DNA of 64,000 nt from NCBI GenBank assembly GCA_012295275.1, contig CM022674.1, forward strand, positions 5,580,001-5,644,000, written 5' to 3'. Below, in pieces: positions 41,601 to 54,048 of this stretch; position 1 is the first letter of the stretch; each line of letters begins with the position of its first letter. The notes under the pieces were generated by a model. That model had not been told where the DNA came from. It made no database searches and saw only the letters and a list, made by a program, of their open reading frames with translations. Position numbers and translations under genes: made by a program. Source of the DNA: Chrysomallon squamiferum (taxonomy: Eukaryota; Animalia; Mollusca).

Positions 41601-44600
41601 ATTATTGAAATTAATACTTTGACTGTAAACTGTTATTTTAAAACCTTTTTTCTTTCAATCTTTTTAATATTAAACAAAATTAAAGTTTGTTGTATTTTAT
41701 TCTGTCACTATTGATTATATTAAAGTTGGCCAAAGGCTTTGAAGAGAAAACTTTCTGTATTTTATAACATAAAAATTGATACTATTTTACTCTGTGCATG
41801 TTTTATTTTATAAGAAAAGATTTTTGTAACAAAATACAAATCTTTTTGCACTGCCATTATCAATCATTTATTTCAAAAGGAAGCTTTCTGAATTTCATGA
41901 AATAAGTCTATACTATTTCACATGTTCATATTTTATGACAGAAAAAAGCACCCAAAAACATCTTTTTATAACTCTTTTTTACAGCTGAACAAAATACAAG
42001 CATATTTTATTCTCATTGTCACTACTTTATTTTAAAAATGGCAAAGGGTAATGAAAATAAATCTTTCCAACTTTCACAGAATACATCAGTACTATCATAT
42101 TTCACATTGGAAAAAAAATATATATATATATATTTATTCTTTTTCATTCTGCTAAATTTTGTTTAATCTTCATAAATTTAAGAAATTAAAAAACTGAATT
42201 CAGAAAGTCCTCTCAATTCAGAAAAATAAAAACAGGTACTCACCCTATCACTAAGTGCATTATATTTGATACTGAGCTCATCTCTCTCTGCACGACTTGC
42301 AGCCAGCAGATCTTCAACGCGGTTTAGTTCTGCCGAAAGCAGACGATTCTCTTCAGAAATCTGCTGTGGTGTTGGCGTTGTCGTCATAATTCCACTGTTG
42401 TAGCCAAGATCTTCGCTGGTCAGATTCTTTGTGATGATTTCTCGTATTCGAGCTGGGATTTTAGCTGAGGGACTGCCGTCGTCCGCTTTCAGTGTGTAGT
42501 TCTCACTGTCTTTCAAAACTGAATCTTCTAGTTTCTGCAATAAATAAATAAATATTTCAAGTTTCCGAAATAAATGAATAAACCCTTCTAACTGAATTAA
42601 ATAATAAAACTATTTTTGTTTTTCAAGATACAACACGAAATCAATAAATAAATCTTAAACCATATAATTATGAAATATACATTAAACATAAAATAAAATA
42701 TTTAAATAAAGTCTCTATAGTATATGAACAGCAATACAGAAAGATGATAAAACAACAGATAATTTGGATAAAGTGATTGAGATAAATTGCAAATATACAT
42801 AACAATTTAATTTTCGGTCTATTTGTATTGTTGCTTTTTGTGGTGAATGTTTTTGTTAATTTTTTTATTGTGTTTTTCTTGTATCTTTTTTTTTTTTTTC
42901 CCTCTACTAGGGGCATATTCTAAAAAAGTCAATGAATAAATAAATATATCTAACAAACAGATGAGAAAATTGTTTTCATCGAACGTTTTACTAAAACTGT
43001 TATTGGTTTATCAAGCATAAACATGTCTTGCATAATTAATTGAAAACACCACTCAAACCATTGAAAGCAATCAACAGACTGCTATTAATAAAAGAACAAA
43101 CAAAATATTCCCAAATGTGCCTGGCCAAACACATGCAAACAAACAAATCAAAATGTCCCACAAGCAAGTTGTAGAAAAAAGATCTTTGAATACCTTCCTG
43201 TACCAGATAAAAATCTAAATTTAATGTTTTTAGTTTTTCTCAAAATAATTTACAATTTTAAAACTTCAAACTTATATTAAATTAACTTTGGATTAACAAA
43301 AATAGATCAATTGCAGTTCTGATACTACAAACTTTGCTGTTTATATATACCACATATATATCAAGTTGTTGAATCAAAAAACAAAAAAAAACATCATTTT
43401 TAGTTTATTTTTCCAATCAATACATAGGTATCGAAATTATTTAAAGTGAATTTTAACATTAACTAAAGCAACAAAGACCAGGATGATACTTAATGACGTG
43501 TATATACAGACTTGTGCTCAGTTTCAAAACAAAATTAAATAAATATTAAACATTCTCTTAAGTCAGAAATAGCCTCATTCTGTGATGCAGTGATTGTGAC
43601 AAACAGAATGTTTAAAAAATAAAACATAATTGTTTTCAAAAAAAGAAGACAGATTACACTGAACTGCTCAGTATTTTATTTATATCTAATATATCAAATG
43701 ATAATTATATACTACTAGAAAGTCAGTTTGAGCAACATATAAGAAATATATAACTGAAACCCATTTTCAGACCTGATTAAATAAACAACAATTTCTAAAT
43801 GTGATGCAATATTTTGTTTATATCTACCTATCAAATGATAATTATATGCTGTCAGGAAAGTTAATCTGAGCACTGAAGAAATATATCACTGAACTACTCC
43901 ACTTACAGATCTGATTAAATTAACAATAATTTCTAAATGTATTTTGTTTGTATTTAACATGATAACAGATTATACAATGACATAACTGTCTGCATAGAAT
44001 CATATTGGTTAACTTAAACAATTACAGATCTCATTAAACGAACAATAATTTCTAAATTTGACTCAGTATTTTGTTTTTGTTTAACACAACAAATGATTAA
44101 ATAAAGACAAATCAGTCAGATTTAATGTATTAGAAGAATACCATTGAATACCATGATACTTCACACTGAATTTGTAAGATAAAAGATTTAATTGAATGTA
44201 TGTTATGTGTTGTTCCCAAGCAAAGTTTAGTGTTTAAAGTGCACAAATAACTGGTGTAATTAAATTTTTGTTTTTTTGTTTTTTGCTTTTTGCAAAATGC
44301 CACTGCTCATAAACTATGACATTATTTTCCCTTCACAATTTGACTCATAATGCCATCATATACATGGTGCATTTTCCTTAAGCAAGAGGAAACTTTTGAT
44401 CAAGTCAATCTGCCCTGTTTGCCATCAAGACACAACTGTGAAAAGACTGATATAAATGAACAATACTTTTCCTGTGTCAGAGGCTATTTAAAAATCCAAA
44501 AGAAACTATTTGAATTTCAAACATTTAACAATAAAGTCATAAACAGGGCTACTGTGAAATAATGGACTACTCCAACAGTCAACAAATCTAATTAAGTGTA

Positions 44601-47600
44601 TATAATCTGTAAATTCTTGTTTAAGGTTTAATGTATGATACACTAGCACAAACTGACTATTTCAATAACAGACATATGAAAAACATTTAAACTGTTAATT
44701 GGTCTTATTAAACATACAACAACATGTTAAATAAAATACTGGATTTTAGGAAATTAAAAAAAGTACTTCTAGTTTCAGAATTAAATTAATAAACCTTGCT
44801 AATTTATAGAAATAACAAACAAATTGTTTTATTTCAAGAATTATGAAATCAGTTAAACATTTTAATGTTCGATATGTATATTAACAACAATTATATTTTT
44901 CCAAGAAAGTCTGCTTGACATACATAAACTCCTGTGTAGGATTAACATTATGTAATGCCTGTCATTCAAAATTGTGTGCATTATAATCAGTACAAACAGC
45001 AAATGAATGCAATCAGGCTCTGGGGTTTATACCATTATGTTCCTTTCAGTAATGTCAACAAACATTTGTATATCATACTTCCATTAAGCACAGTGTGTTT
45101 AAAGCAAAACAAACCAAAACAATTGTTATGCTGTTCTGAATGAATTACTAAAGCATTATAGATGAACATATTATCTGACATGTGTGTGCTGCATTTAAAG
45201 TAAAATAAACCAAAACAACTGATATCCTCTTAGATTATGAATTAAAACCCCAGTTCAGCTACCAAGAAATTGTTATGGATTAAAATAAACAATTCATCTT
45301 ATAACCAAACTCAGAAAACAAAATAGCTGACACGTATTGTTAAATCACATTTTTTTAACTGAAGATTGCCTGCAGTGATATACATTTAGAGAGTTTAAAT
45401 ATGTTCTATACTCTGTCAATTGATTCATTCAAAGTCTGGTATGCATGATTTATAATTTACATTTCTCTACAAAACATATCATTTATGTGAGCTTGAAGAA
45501 AGAAAGGAAAATGGCAGTCTTGTAGCTTATCCATGGGCATATTATATTAACTGTCATATCTAACTTTTAAACTTAATCACAAAAGACTGGTATCCAAAAA
45601 AACGAACAAAAAAAGAAATTCATCAAAAAAAATTTAAAGAACTGGCATAGTAATTCATACAATTATAGGTTCCATGCATTAGAAAAAATGAAAGTGTGTT
45701 AATTAATACAGTATGACTAAGCAGTTAAACATTTAAGTATTCTTTAACACTTGACTCTTGAGAGATAAATAAATGTAAATACTATTAATTTAAAATAAAA
45801 ATAAACTGAAAAAGAAAATAATACATGCCTTCAAAATTGTTTTTCAAAAATACCCTACCTCCATGAATTTTATGTTTCCACAAGTCTTCCAAAAAGAAAT
45901 GACTGCATCAACAACTTACTACTCTGTATTATAGTATATATACACTTTTCATTATGTAATAGACTCTGATGTGCTATAATATTACTGTATTATATTGTAG
46001 ACAACACATATATGACATTACTACCTATATTATCTTTCTCTAAGAAGTTTAAGAAAAGTACTGTCACAGTGACACTTCATTAGAGGGAATGAATACTGCC
46101 ATAAATATTCTTTTCACTGTGTGATAAACTGCACATTGTAATCAGGAAAACTGTAACACACAAGAGCTAATCATAAAAAGTAGTTCTTGGAATGGCAGGG
46201 AAAAGTTACTGCTCTCTCTCATTTATATCATTATGTAAATATTAATATTAAGAATAAAAATGTGTTAAACTGACACTGAATAAATCATTTAGTCTTATAT
46301 TTCTTAAACTATTTATTGAATTTCTGTATCAGCTTATATTTTCTCTACTTGATTTATTTATGTTTTCAACTCTTTTGTCCATTTCTGATAACAAATGGTA
46401 GGAGAAAAGTAAAAAATAAAATGAAAATCCTCTATTGTATCATTTAGTTTCTTCTTTTTTTTCATTTAATTGTTGTTGGGGTTTTTGTGTTCTTATTTTT
46501 ATTTCTTTAACTTTATAAAATTGAATAATTAATTTCTGCATAGAATTGAAGAAATCAGTTATTCTAGACAATAAGCTGAGTTGTGTCCACTGTCTATAAA
46601 CCATTTTAATTTATCTTATGTATCAAGCAAAGAATTACTCTCAGAACATAAAATGCTCCATAAAAACCCATTCAGCTCATCTGGTGTTAAATGAAAAATA
46701 AATAAATAATTTAAATACAAAACATTTGATATCTAAGATAAAGAATCTTTTTACAAACTTTGAATTTGGCCACAAGGGAAATAATGTAATTGTCTTTTAA
46801 TTTCTTGATAAATATTTAAATATATACCTTTCTGAAATGAATAGAGACTAATAGTTGGTATTAAACTGTTATGATTATGAAATATTACTCATTTAATTAA
46901 ATTTAAAATTAAAATTAAAATTAAAATTATTTAACTCATAAATTTTAAAAACACAGCTTATCAACAATTAATCTGATTTTAGTATTAAGTGTTGTGATGT
47001 ATGACTATTTATAATTTCATAATGAATCTTTTATATATATATATATATATATTGTTTCAACATCCAATTCATGCAATTTAAATTTATTACGATATGTACG
47101 GTAAGTAGTCCGCCGTCACATTTTAGTTACTTGATTAAAATCGATTCGTTTTAAAATTAAACTATATATAAAATTAAGTTAGTATTAATCAGAATGAAAA
47201 TGATAAGGCACAATATTTGAATTCATTATTCAGTGTATGAAAAGCAACGCCAAATTTGACCTATTCTACTGAAACTTGAAAGACTGAAAGCACTGAAACC
47301 GAATCGCAGACTTCTGCGACAATCAAACGGAAATTCCTACCATATCAAAAGTATTTTCTAAATTTCTTCTTGCTCTCCCAGTTAACGAATTATTGGCAGA
47401 ATAATCCTGTTCTGGGGGTGAAAAACTTCTAAATGCAGAATAATTCATTTTGCTAAAACTAAAAGTACTATCGCTTTCAACATGTACGTCAAAACGATCG
47501 TCTGGGTTCTTGATATTCTATTTTTAGATCAGCGGAAGTAAAGGGCATCCCAGGAAGTCACACTACGGATAGATTTCCTTTACATTTTCCGTAGTTACGC

Positions 47601-48471
47601 AATGACACCAAGAATAAAGAAACTGCACGGACATTTTTATCAATACTCTCTTAAATAAAAAAAGTAGCAGCCTTTCTGTTTAATATTACAAGCTAATTAA
47701 AACAAAATACAAAAATAACCGACTGACTGGAATCAACTATATTTGCAATTTAAACTAACTGTTTTAAATATTAATGTAGTCCTATTAATATTATAAAATA
47801 AAACTAATTTGAAAAAAAAAAAAAAAGAAAGAAAGAAAGAATGTTAAAGAAAAAATATACATATGTATAACGGTAGAGTAATTAAAAAAAAGTGATATAA
47901 ATTTAATTTTTGAAATATATTTAAAGTTGTTTAAGGTATCAAATATCATGTAGCTTTGTACAATCTCTAACGTACAGCCCATGACCTTTAAAACAGCCCA
48001 TGACCTTCATAACCTCGGAAATGGAGCCCAAGGGAGGTTGGTACACAAAAGATGATAATATAACAGGTGATATTTATTAAAAATCATAATAAGATTCTTA
48101 ACTAGTAAAACACCCAGTTAAACCTGCTCCAGTGATTACTTCCATTAAGAATGTACTCGTTTGATACAAATAATATTTAGTATTAGCACATTCAAATTCA
48201 TTACTAAACAATCATTATCTTTCAGTTAACAAATATATTAATTTTACTTAAATAATATTTTGTGAATTTCTGTTGATAATTACAAATAATATTTAAATAA
48301 TAATAATAATAGCAGTAACAATAACAGAATCATTATTTTAAAAGAAAACAAAATATTAAAAGCTATCTCTATTTAGTTAAAAATGCGGAAATTAAAAAGA
48401 AATTTTACTACAAGCAACATAAGAAATCTACTGAAAATCTTTCACATTGTAGAACAAATTTCTTTCGATTA

Positions 48472-48549
<78 letters not shown>

Positions 48550-48887
48550 GTATTTCTATGTGGTTTTTCTTTTGTCTTCACGGACGTGTGATTATGTTTA
48601 TGCTTGAATGTGCTCTTCCATGCAGAAAGGATACTTCAGATTCGAGAATCTGTACGAATCTAAGTGTATATGTGTAAGTATGTATGTACATGCTGTGCTT
48701 GCTTCTTTTAAATTAATTCAGTATGAAAATTTCTAAGTAACTAAATTCATCAGAAATGTAAACAATAAAAATATTATTTTAACCAGTTAACATGCATTCT
48801 AATTTTATGAAAGCAAAGCTTGCTGCAGCTGCAAAGAACAAGTCTAATGAAATATCAAAAATAATAATACTAATAGTAAAAATAAAA

Positions 48888-48934
<47 letters not shown>

Positions 48935-49594
48935 CATACATGCATACACACGAAAGTATACACATAATTACTCATATAACTTTACACTAAGCACTAATAC
49001 ACAGATACTATTTTTATAATCATATTAAGGTACATTCAGAAAGAGATACACGGACTTGCAGACACAACCACATCCTGTTTTCTCGCATAAAGATTTATAC
49101 TCGCATATACTCACAGAATAAATTGTACGCTCACGCGTACGTAATGCACTCACTCGCACACGACATGATCACTCAGGTACACATACATATATCTGAATTT
49201 ATGCATAAAATAGAAACACACTGCATTCACACATACCCAGACACCTATAGCATACTCAAACGATAATACTCATAAACCCTCACACACACACACACACGCA
49301 CTGTCACACACACAAACACACACAGTCACGCTCACACTCACCACGCACACAGACAAATAAATACATAAATATATTACATGCCTACACATACAAACACTAC
49401 AATTTAGGTTCATTAAAAACACACATACATACATAAATATACAGATACTTATATATATATATATTACATCCTGCTCGTACAAATAATAGGTAAGCTAACA
49501 ACGTTTACGTACGAACTTGCAAACACAGGTAACTAAAGTTTAAGCCAACCTGTATGACTCTTTCGAGCCTGTTGTCTCTGCCTTCGTTCGACAT
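1376..49594 (-). CDS. CROCC: Rootletin (ciliary rootlet coiled-coil protein), multi-exon, 3' end outside window
   Basis: 26 exons with GT-AG boundaries whose phases chain without frameshift (5169 nt). The translation resembles human rootletin as recalled: PARIREIITKNL, EENRLLSAELNRVEDLLAASRAERDELSIKYNALSDR, SYKRKLQAYQDGQQRQAQLVQKLQ, SSSLAHVNGMLREQLDQA, ALNKRQLQVSDLR, DGRLASAQTALMLQEETIRRNERER, RRSLEGELQR. Confidence 0.95.
2035..2198 (-). CDS. CROCC: Rootletin exon 25
   Basis: 164 nt, phase 1-0, KRGIDGRLASAQTALMLQEE. This is a different frame from the ORF-track entry at 1926..2183. Confidence 0.93.
4672..4822 (-). CDS. Candidate internal alternative first exon (MYRLYELSSYKLSLPDFGES...KALPVND)
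   Basis: gccATG start, 50 codons + 1 nt, G|GTTTGT donor in phase 1 matching exon 25. Two CCAAT boxes lie upstream. Confidence 0.4.
5086..5142. promoter_or_regulatory. Paired NF-Y-type CCAAT boxes
   Basis: GACCAATCA at 5086 and AACCAATCAGA at 5132, about 270-320 bp upstream of the ATG at 4822. Confidence 0.35.
6451..6463. promoter_or_regulatory. RFX X-box-like motif
   Basis: GTCTCCTAGCAAC (reverse complement GTTGCTAGGAGAC). Confidence 0.45.
8141..8261 (-). CDS. CROCC: Rootletin exon 24
   Basis: 121 nt, phase 0-1. Confidence 0.93.
8475..8552. repeat. (GA)n microsatellite
   Basis: Directly visible. Similar tracts occur at 48475-48544, 51778-51855 and 53967-54044. Confidence 0.95.
8634..8845 (-). 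CDS. CROCC: Rootletin exon 23
   Basis: 212 nt, phase 1-0, ...DVDPEAVRMALRSFMQQLAGAERER. Confidence 0.93.
9225..9657 (-). CDS. CROCC: Rootletin exon 22
   Basis: 433 nt, phase 0-1, LRLKLSGAEGRVNALEAALARLE. Confidence 0.95.
11137..11381 (-). CDS. CROCC: Rootletin exon 21
   Basis: 245 nt, phase 1-0, LREVEKARLEARRELQDLRRQVKMLD. Confidence 0.95.
11860..12180. repeat. Degenerate ~42-bp tandem repeat abutting the exon 20 donor
   Basis: Recurring aatattaacaaccaatgaaaatct...atttacatc. Confidence 0.75.
12182..12367 (-). CDS. CROCC: Rootletin exon 20
   Basis: 186 nt, phase 1-1. Confidence 0.92.
12756..12931 (-). CDS. CROCC: Rootletin exon 19
   Basis: 176 nt, phase 2-1. Confidence 0.93.
13384..13580 (-). 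CDS. CROCC: Rootletin exon 18
   Basis: 197 nt, phase 0-2, ALSLLEQEK... Confidence 0.93.
14025..14204 (-). CDS. CROCC: Rootletin exon 17
   Basis: 180 nt, phase 0-0, ...LLMAENDKQQ. Confidence 0.93.
14666..14835 (-). CDS. CROCC: Rootletin exon 16
   Basis: 170 nt, phase 1-0, ...AHEEDVERLSRER. Confidence 0.92.
15363..15684 (-). CDS. CROCC: Rootletin exon 15
   Basis: 322 nt, phase 0-1. Confidence 0.93.
16801..16907 (-). CDS. CROCC: Rootletin exon 14
   Basis: 107 nt, phase 1-0, GTT|GTAAGT donor. Confidence 0.9.
17217..17340 (-). CDS. CROCC: Rootletin exon 13
   Basis: 124 nt, phase 0-1, LEAEKNSL...DTEKM. Confidence 0.92.
18077..18240 (-). CDS. CROCC: Rootletin exon 12
   Basis: 164 nt, phase 1-0, EALSKAE...QDKIELNKIIIQ. 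Confidence 0.92.
18639..18766 (-). CDS. CROCC: Rootletin exon 11
   Basis: 128 nt, phase 2-1, QKVLSHQDHKMSKLREEL... Confidence 0.9.
19369..19620 (-). CDS. CROCC: Rootletin exon 10
   Basis: 252 nt, phase 2-2, TG|GTGAGT donor. Confidence 0.93.
20185..20772 (-). CDS. CROCC: Rootletin exon 9 (contains RS/SP-rich linker)
   Basis: 588 nt, phase 2-2. Confidence 0.95.
21181..21302 (-). CDS. CROCC: Rootletin exon 8
   Basis: 122 nt, phase 0-2, VYMDRERSEK...SSELSSR, ttaaag| acceptor, AG|GTAGGT donor. Confidence 0.88.
21291..21431. repeat. 28-bp tandem repeat (5 copies) spanning the exon 8 acceptor
   Basis: atccatgtaaacctttaaaataattaat and variants at exact 28-bp spacing. Confidence 0.9.
21683..21895 (-). 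CDS. CROCC: Rootletin exon 7
   Basis: 213 nt, phase 0-0, NFNEYYSAEHGRLLSLWR...DTQSQ. Confidence 0.95.
22935..23100 (-). CDS. CROCC: Rootletin exon 6
   Basis: 166 nt, phase 2-0, SSSLAHVNGMLREQLDQ...WREEEK. Confidence 0.95.
23434..23549 (-). CDS. CROCC: Rootletin exon 5 (FNSTTERL...DLETALIKLEEEKQR)
   Basis: 116 nt, phase 0-2, caacag| and AG|GTAAAA. Confidence 0.92.
28456..28536 (-). CDS. CROCC: Rootletin exon 4b (VIQYKKKVEDWESEYGELKSQFESYKA), paralog of 4a
   Basis: atgcag| and GCG|GTAAGA, 81 nt, phase 0-0. Shares the QYKKK...YK frame with 4a. Confidence 0.85.
28581..28664 (-). CDS. CROCC: Rootletin exon 4a (LLQYKKKCQELEDSLRNKDYEVKSSTYK)
   Basis: tttacag| and AAG|GTAACC, 84 nt, phase 0-0. 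Resembles human ILQYKKRCSELE. Confidence 0.9.
30527..30709 (-). CDS. CROCC: Rootletin exon 3 (LEQSLKGE...QKLQQK)
   Basis: ttgcag| and AAG|GTAATG, 183 nt, phase 0-0. Confidence 0.95.
31649..31737. repeat. (AC)n microsatellite
   Basis: Directly visible. A (TG)n tract also occurs at 58609-58650. Confidence 0.95.
34801..35553 (-). CDS. Candidate alternative first exon of rootletin, acidic repeat-rich (251 codons, MASSEDSK...MSRVIQ)
   Basis: aaacATGG start context, open for 753 nt, consensus CAG|GTGAGT donor in phase 0 matching exon 3. Lies in intron 2. Confidence 0.65.
34912..35373 (-). repeat. Coding minisatellite, 11 x 42 bp (SENELQDSLEIKEV/E)
   Basis: Directly visible tandem unit, with no indels across copies. 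Confidence 0.95.
41525..41538. promoter_or_regulatory. RFX X-box-like motif
   Basis: GTTACCATAGAAAT, one mismatch to GTTNCCATRGNAAC. Confidence 0.4.
42244..42534 (-). CDS. CROCC: Rootletin exon 2 (KLEDSVL...YNALSDR)
   Basis: ttgcag| acceptor, AGG|GTGAGT donor, 291 nt, phase 0-0. Confidence 0.95.
43660..44100. repeat. Degenerate ~120-140 bp tandem repeat, 3-4 copies
   Basis: Recurring cagatctgattaaat.aacaataatttctaaat...tattttgttt. Confidence 0.7.
49550..49594 (-). CDS. CROCC: Rootletin exon 1 (MSNEGRDNRLERVIQ)
   Basis: ATG at 49594, 15 codons, CAG|GTTGGC donor, phase 0. LERVIQ|KLEDSVL parallels human LETVIQ-TLESSVL. Not in the ORF track. Confidence 0.85.
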
Positions 49595-50442
49595 TAGTTC
49601 TGAGCTTCTTGTTAACTCTCTCTATTCCTACTACGTATAACTAAAACTTTTAAACGGCGACAGAAGAAGAAGAAGAAGAAGAAGAAAAAGCCTCTATGCA
49701 AGCTTCGAAACTAACGAAATACCCATTTTTTTTAAATCGACGCCTTTGCCAGTGATCACGCTCCCTCTAACACTTGTGTCTTTTCTCCGATTTTTCCCCG
49801 ATACGCCAATATTTTGTACTCGGGTTAATGGGAAATCGAACTAAAACGTACACCAGACGGCGTTATTGTTGTCAGTAACTTAGACTGTGGCAAAGTTCAA
49901 GTCGTGTTTGGACACGCAGATAAATCTTACGCGCCAAAGATATGTCCCCGAGATAAAAATAATAATACAGGAAGATTTTTTCGATATCTACCTGTGAATT
50001 AAAGGTAGTTTGTTTTTTTGCCCCCCTTTTTTTTTTCTTTTTTTTTTTTCCTTAGAGACAGAAAGAAGAAAAAAACATATGTTCTTACCCAGACTGAATA
50101 CAATTTCACTTGTTATATATTTTATATACTGCCAGATCAGCTTGTTTTTAATTTTTCTATTCTTTATTTTTTATTTTATATTATTATTTTTTTTAATTAT
50201 TATATAATTTTATAAAAAAAAAATATATATTTATTTATTTATTTAGTATTTTTCATTATTATTATTATTATTATTTTTATACTTTTCTTTTTTCTTTATT
50301 TTTTTTTTTCAGCACTCTTCTGTTTATTTTTTTCTTTCTTTTTTCTTCGCTTTTCTTTATTTTTTATTTTATTATTTATTGATTTCTTCTTCATCTTTTT
50401 CGTTATTACTTTCTTTCTCTTTAAATTTTTTTTTAAATCATC

Positions 50443-50485
<43 letters not shown>

Positions 50486-51149
50486 TTGATTTATTGATTT
50501 ATTTATTGATTTATTTATTTAACATTAAGTCTAGCCATTATTTTACGTATGTAAGAATAGATTAGAAAAAAATATATGTGGGGAAATCATAGAAATATCC
50601 ATACAGGCTTATATACCTAAAATGAACACACACACACGGACACACACACACACACACACACACGGATATTCAAACGTACAAACAAACAAACCCAAACACT
50701 CGCGCAGGTACGCATATATACATACACACACACATACATGCATATATACATACATACATATATACATACATACATACATACATTCATACATACACGTTCA
50801 GACACAAATATACAAATACCACGTATACAAACACAAACATACTACACAAAGACACACACATACGTTATTACAAAACAAAACTGGGAATTAACCAACAACA
50901 ACAACAAAATATATATTTAGAATTAGCACAACAAAAGCTCCTACGTTTATGAATTCCAAAAAAATCGCGCGTTTCCAGTCCCGTCCAATACTAGGAATAA
51001 TGTACGTTATACAATAACGTCAGTATAACACTGTCACATACGCTATACAACAGTTGATTTATTGTTACAGTGGTCGTCCAAGATGACTGCACCTTCTTGA
51101 CAAAATAATTGGCAGCGACGTGAATCCGATTTACTTCATGCCAGTGCTA

Positions 51150-51163
51150 GTGGTTATGGCAAC
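51150..51163. promoter_or_regulatory. RFX X-box-like motif upstream of rootletin exon 1
   Basis: GTGGTTATGGCAAC, about 1.55 kb upstream of the ATG, in CpG-retaining sequence. Confidence 0.45.
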
Positions 51164-51774
51164 GCTAAAACTGGAATGCAATATTATACACCGTTATGTT
51201 CATAGCGGTTAGGAGTTGTAAAAAATCACTTTAAATAATAGGTCTGATTGTTAGCAATTAGTACAGATATTTGTATGATTTGTATATATTTAAGTTTTCT
51301 TTTGTGATGATAAAAAATAATAAATAAATAATAGTAATAGTAATAAAATAATAATAATAAATATATTTTGCATACTTCAAAATCATGTTTTAATTGTTTT
51401 TGTTAGCCAAAATTATACAAAATTAATTAATAACCAACTATAACAACAATTATTTTTATGCATGTGTACGTACGTACGTATGTTTGCGTAGACAGGTATG
51501 TGTATGTACGTATGTTATAAACGTGGATTATTAAAACAAAAATTAATGGTGGATAAAATCTAGCTCAAATTATGCTTTCAGCATGTCTTCAAATTAATAT
51601 TTTCAAAAAAAAGAGTGTATGTACTCAAATGTGATAAATATTATCGTCGTCGTCATCATCATATACATCAAGTATGTTCGGACAAGTCGTTATTGTATCG
51701 TAGATAAAGGGCGGTAACCAATATCTTGTCACGTGACAAAACAAAATAGAAAAATATTACGTAGAAATAATCGT

Positions 51775-51857
<83 letters not shown>

Positions 51858-52968
51858 ATTAAATTTCATTTCATTTCTTAACATTATACAACAACATATA
51901 TTTTCTTTTCTTTCATTTAGAATTATGTATTTGCATTTCTAAAAGTATACGGCCTCTTAGGAAAATAAAAATAAATAAAGTATGTAAATAATAACTAAAA
52001 TAACAGCAACAGCAGGAACATCAACAACAACAACGACTATAATAATAATAATATACTAATAACTGATAAAAAAAAAAAAAACTAAACTAAACTTAGAAAT
52101 AAATAATACATTTTTTAAAATAGGAAAAAGAAAAAGAAATAAAAAGAAACTTTTTAACAAACATGTTTGTTATTCAAGTATAAAAATCAACCTTCATTAA
52201 TATATTTTGATCTGACTGCTAAATAATAAACATGTCATTACAAGTTATTCATTGCTGATAAAGTCTTGCATGACACAGTAATTGACAAGACTACATTAAT
52301 AATAAATAACCAGTAACGCTCGTGTTGAGGAAATGGATACCCCAAAATACTAATAGAGAACACTGTTAATTACCAACATGGATCACGTTTGTCACACAAC
52401 ACGGTAATCAACTTGACCGACTGACCTAACATGAGAAAAAAAAGGGTGTTTTTTTTGTTGTTGTTGTTGTTAGTTTGGGTGTTTTTGCAGATGAAAAATA
52501 AATTCTTTGATTGATAAATTATTGTGATAAATTCTGGATTTTCGTAATCGTTAACCAATATCGAGTTTTTGCCAATAAACAATCGTGGTCAGTGTTAATT
52601 ATTGGTATTAACTGAAAAGAAACAAAGTACGACTATTAATCGATTGCCGAGAACTAACTCAAAAGTTGTTTACGTTCTTATAATTAAATGATGTGTGTGA
52701 AAATTATAGTTCTTACAAACTGATTTCAGATACTTTAAGAAAAAAATATATAATAAAGATAAAATTATGTAAATAAAACAGTAAAATACAGTTTGAAAAA
52801 TCAGAAGGTTTAAGTGCATGTTTAAATAAAAAAAATACATCTGCTACTGATTGTAAACTGCAAAGAAAAATAAATAAAACTATTTAATTATTGTTATATA
52901 GGGTGATATATGTTTATTAACGTACGTAGTTATAGAATGTTTGTAATATGTAATTATTTTGTAAGGTA

Positions 52969-53073
52969 CAATTTATAATTTCCATTTCACACACACCCAA
53001 GAACGTATACCACATATAAACACGAACATACATATACACATACAAACATATGTATATACATATACATACATAC

Positions 53074-53104
<31 letters not shown>

Positions 53105-53345
53105 TACATATCATCATATGAACGTACATATAGAGAAATTCGTTTGCTACATTAAAGTATCAATCAATCCTTTTCTTTTGAAAAGAGAAAATTAAAAACA
53201 TATCTGAAACAATTTATAATTTCCAGTTCACACCCACCCAAAACGTATACCACATATAAACAGACACGAACATACATACACACATTAAAGTATCAATTTT
53301 CCTTTTCTTTTGAAAAGAGAAAATTAAAAAACATGTCGGAAACAA
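52969..53345. repeat. Tandem duplication with microsatellite expansion in the first copy
   Basis: Both aatttataatttcca...aacgtataccacatataaaca and acattaaagtatcaat...ccttttcttttgaaaagagaaaattaaaaa occur twice. Confidence 0.85.
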
Positions 53346-53962
53346 AAGTGTTTTGTAAAACCTCTGACAATGCTTACTGATGCAAACGGACCAATGTGAT
53401 CTTCCGATGAATCTCCAGACACATATTTGCAGGCACGAACATACATTCAAACATATATATCCTTTTAAAAAAAATACTATTTTTGCCTTTCAGCGTTCTA
53501 TCTTGAAAACGTGTTTGTCAATGAACTGAAGCGTTAATTCACATGGCGTCCATATTTCCAATTAACTTTTAATTAGACGGTGTCGTTTTTAAGGTTTAAA
53601 ATTTCTCGTGAATTAAAATACCACTGTCAGAATAGACGAAACAGTTGACTTTGCGCTGTTACAGTGTTTTGTCAGGGTCGTAATTCAATATTAATATCCC
53701 AGGACATAACCAAGATGAAGGCAATTAATTTAATTCTGTGAAATATAATTACAACCAATGTATTAATTTCGATAATATATTACCCAGCACGAGGTGTGAG
53801 TATGTTGTTTTGTTTTTACGTGAAATAAATCTGAGGTGTGACAAGCAGCTGTGATAAAAATAAAACCTGCACAATGTTTGATATATTTTTGATCAGGTGG
53901 ACGTTTATGTAAAGTTGAGTTAGAAAACAGCTAGAAAGAATATTCTGATGTATAGAGTTGTA

Positions 53963-54048
<86 letters not shown>

